NCBI RefSeq assembly: GCF_009834535.1
Contig: NC_045697.1
Location: 51,090,001-51,154,000 of the forward strand
DNA: 64,000 nucleotides
Origin: Camelus ferus
Lineage: Eukaryota
Direction: 5' to 3'
This document shows positions 62,810 through 64,000 of the stretch, piece by piece. The position numbers and the translations under genes were made by a program. The notes beneath the pieces were generated by a model, which saw only the letters and a program-made list of their open reading frames with translations, searched no databases and was not told the origin of the DNA. Numbering within the stretch: position 1 is the first letter of the stretch; each line of letters begins with the position of its first letter.

Positions 62810-63260
62810 TATAATATCATTTAGGGCACTATTCTTCAATAACAGAGAGACCTCAAAATACAGTGGCTTAATTAAAATACAAACTTTATTTCTCTGTAAA
62901 GTAATATCCATATAAGCCATCTAGGACTGATAGAGTAGCCTTTCTTGACATGATGCCTCCCATCTCCGGACTCAAAGCAATTGTTTCACTCTCTCCAAAC
63001 TCCAGTTTAGTGGAAAACAGGGAAAGAGCTGGGGAAATAGGCTCATTCCCTTGAAAGACATCCAGAAAAGGCATATCTTGTCTTTTACTCATATCCTGTT
63101 GGCCAGAGTATAGTCACATGGACAAATCTAGTCCCAAGGAAGGATGGAAATGCAGTTATTAGCTAGTTGTGCCCAGCTAAACTTGATTGCCTATTATTAT
63201 TATAGGAAGAAGGGAGAGTGGGTACTGGTGCACAATTGGCAGCTTCTCACAAAGACAGAT
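62810..63260 (-). mobile_element. Old MaLR LTR (MLT1J-like)
   Basis: CCTCAAAATACAGTGGCTTAA...TTTATTTCTCT...TTGGCCAGAGTATAGTCACATGG...GGAAATGCAGT. Confidence 0.6.
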
Positions 63261-63551
63261 ACGTTTACATGTGAGCAGGGTATTTCTGAAAGAATAATAA
63301 TTTCTAAGGTAATGGAATGGAATCCCAGAAGCTAGGTTAGAGACTAGCTCACTTGTTTGGTAAACCATTTTGCGTGATTTGGAATAATTACCATATATGT
63401 ATATTACCATAATGGAATTAAACATTTATTCTTATTACACTCAGATGTGTGATAAAAATATACCTTTATGTTTTCCATAAGCAGTTATAAGTTCATTCCC
63501 CACTGAGTAGTAGGAAATGGGATAAATTTTTAATTTTTGAATTATAGTATC

Positions 63552-63909
63552 TGTGTTAGCCAGCCCAGGCTGCCATGACAAAATACCATAGACTAGGTGG
63601 CTTAAAGAACATAAATCTGTTTTCTTACTGTTATGGAGGCTGGAGGTCCTAGATCAGGGTTCCAACATGGTCAGGTTGAAGAGAGCTCTCTTTCTGGCTT
63701 GCAGATGGTCATCTCTCTGTATTCTCACATGGCAGAGAGAGAGACAGAGAGAGAGGCACTAAGTGTACTAGTTCCATTATGAAGATGGAATGATCTTATC
63801 TAAACCAAATCACCCCCTAAAGGTCCTATTTGCAAATACAAGCACATTGAGGGTTAGAGCTTCAACAAATGAATTTTGTTGAAGGGGGGACACAATTCAG
63901 TCTATAGCA
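63552..63909 (-). mobile_element. Solo MaLR LTR (MLT1A-like) with perfect 5-bp TSD GTATC
   Basis: GTATC-TGTGTTAG...GGCTGCCATGACAAAATACCATAGACTAGGTGGCTTAAA...GGGGACACAATTCAGTCTATAGCA-GTATC. Confidence 0.9.
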
Positions 63910-64000
63910 GTATCTCTAGCTCTCCTACTTTAAATAATCTGCTTCAGAACTCAGTCTTTTCTGTTTGGTTTGGTTTGGTTTGGTTTGATTTAAGTGGCTG

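Overview
AT-rich mammalian genomic DNA, very probably from a camelid (Camelus/Lama/Vicugna), judging by the albumin sequence and Vic-1-like tRNA-derived SINEs. The only bona fide gene is the complete 15-exon serum albumin gene (ALB) on the minus strand: TSS ~22843, ATG 22804, stop 8361-8363, polyA signal 6923-6928, with a 1824-nt CDS encoding a 607-aa preproalbumin. Every intron is GT-AG, and the canonical liver promoter (TATA, HNF1, CCAAT, C/EBP, NF1) is present. About 3.2 kb upstream, in the opposite orientation, lies a full-length ferritin light chain (FTL) retrocopy with an 18-bp TSD, a retained IRE and an uninterrupted 175-codon ORF. The rest is intergenic: L1, L2, MIR, MaLR LTRs, Tigger/hAT MITEs, SINEs, microsatellites and several clusters of liver transcription-factor motifs. 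The most striking observations are in the albumin protein (HSA numbering). The main Zn site A ligand His247 is Gln. Arg218 is His, the human familial dysalbuminaemic hyperthyroxinaemia substitution. Drug site I is further remodelled (A291H, I264F). Structural oddities include a ~47-bp templated insertion inside an L1 and a perfect 100-bp-period duplication in ALB intron 10. I found no evidence of a wholly new multi-gene system.
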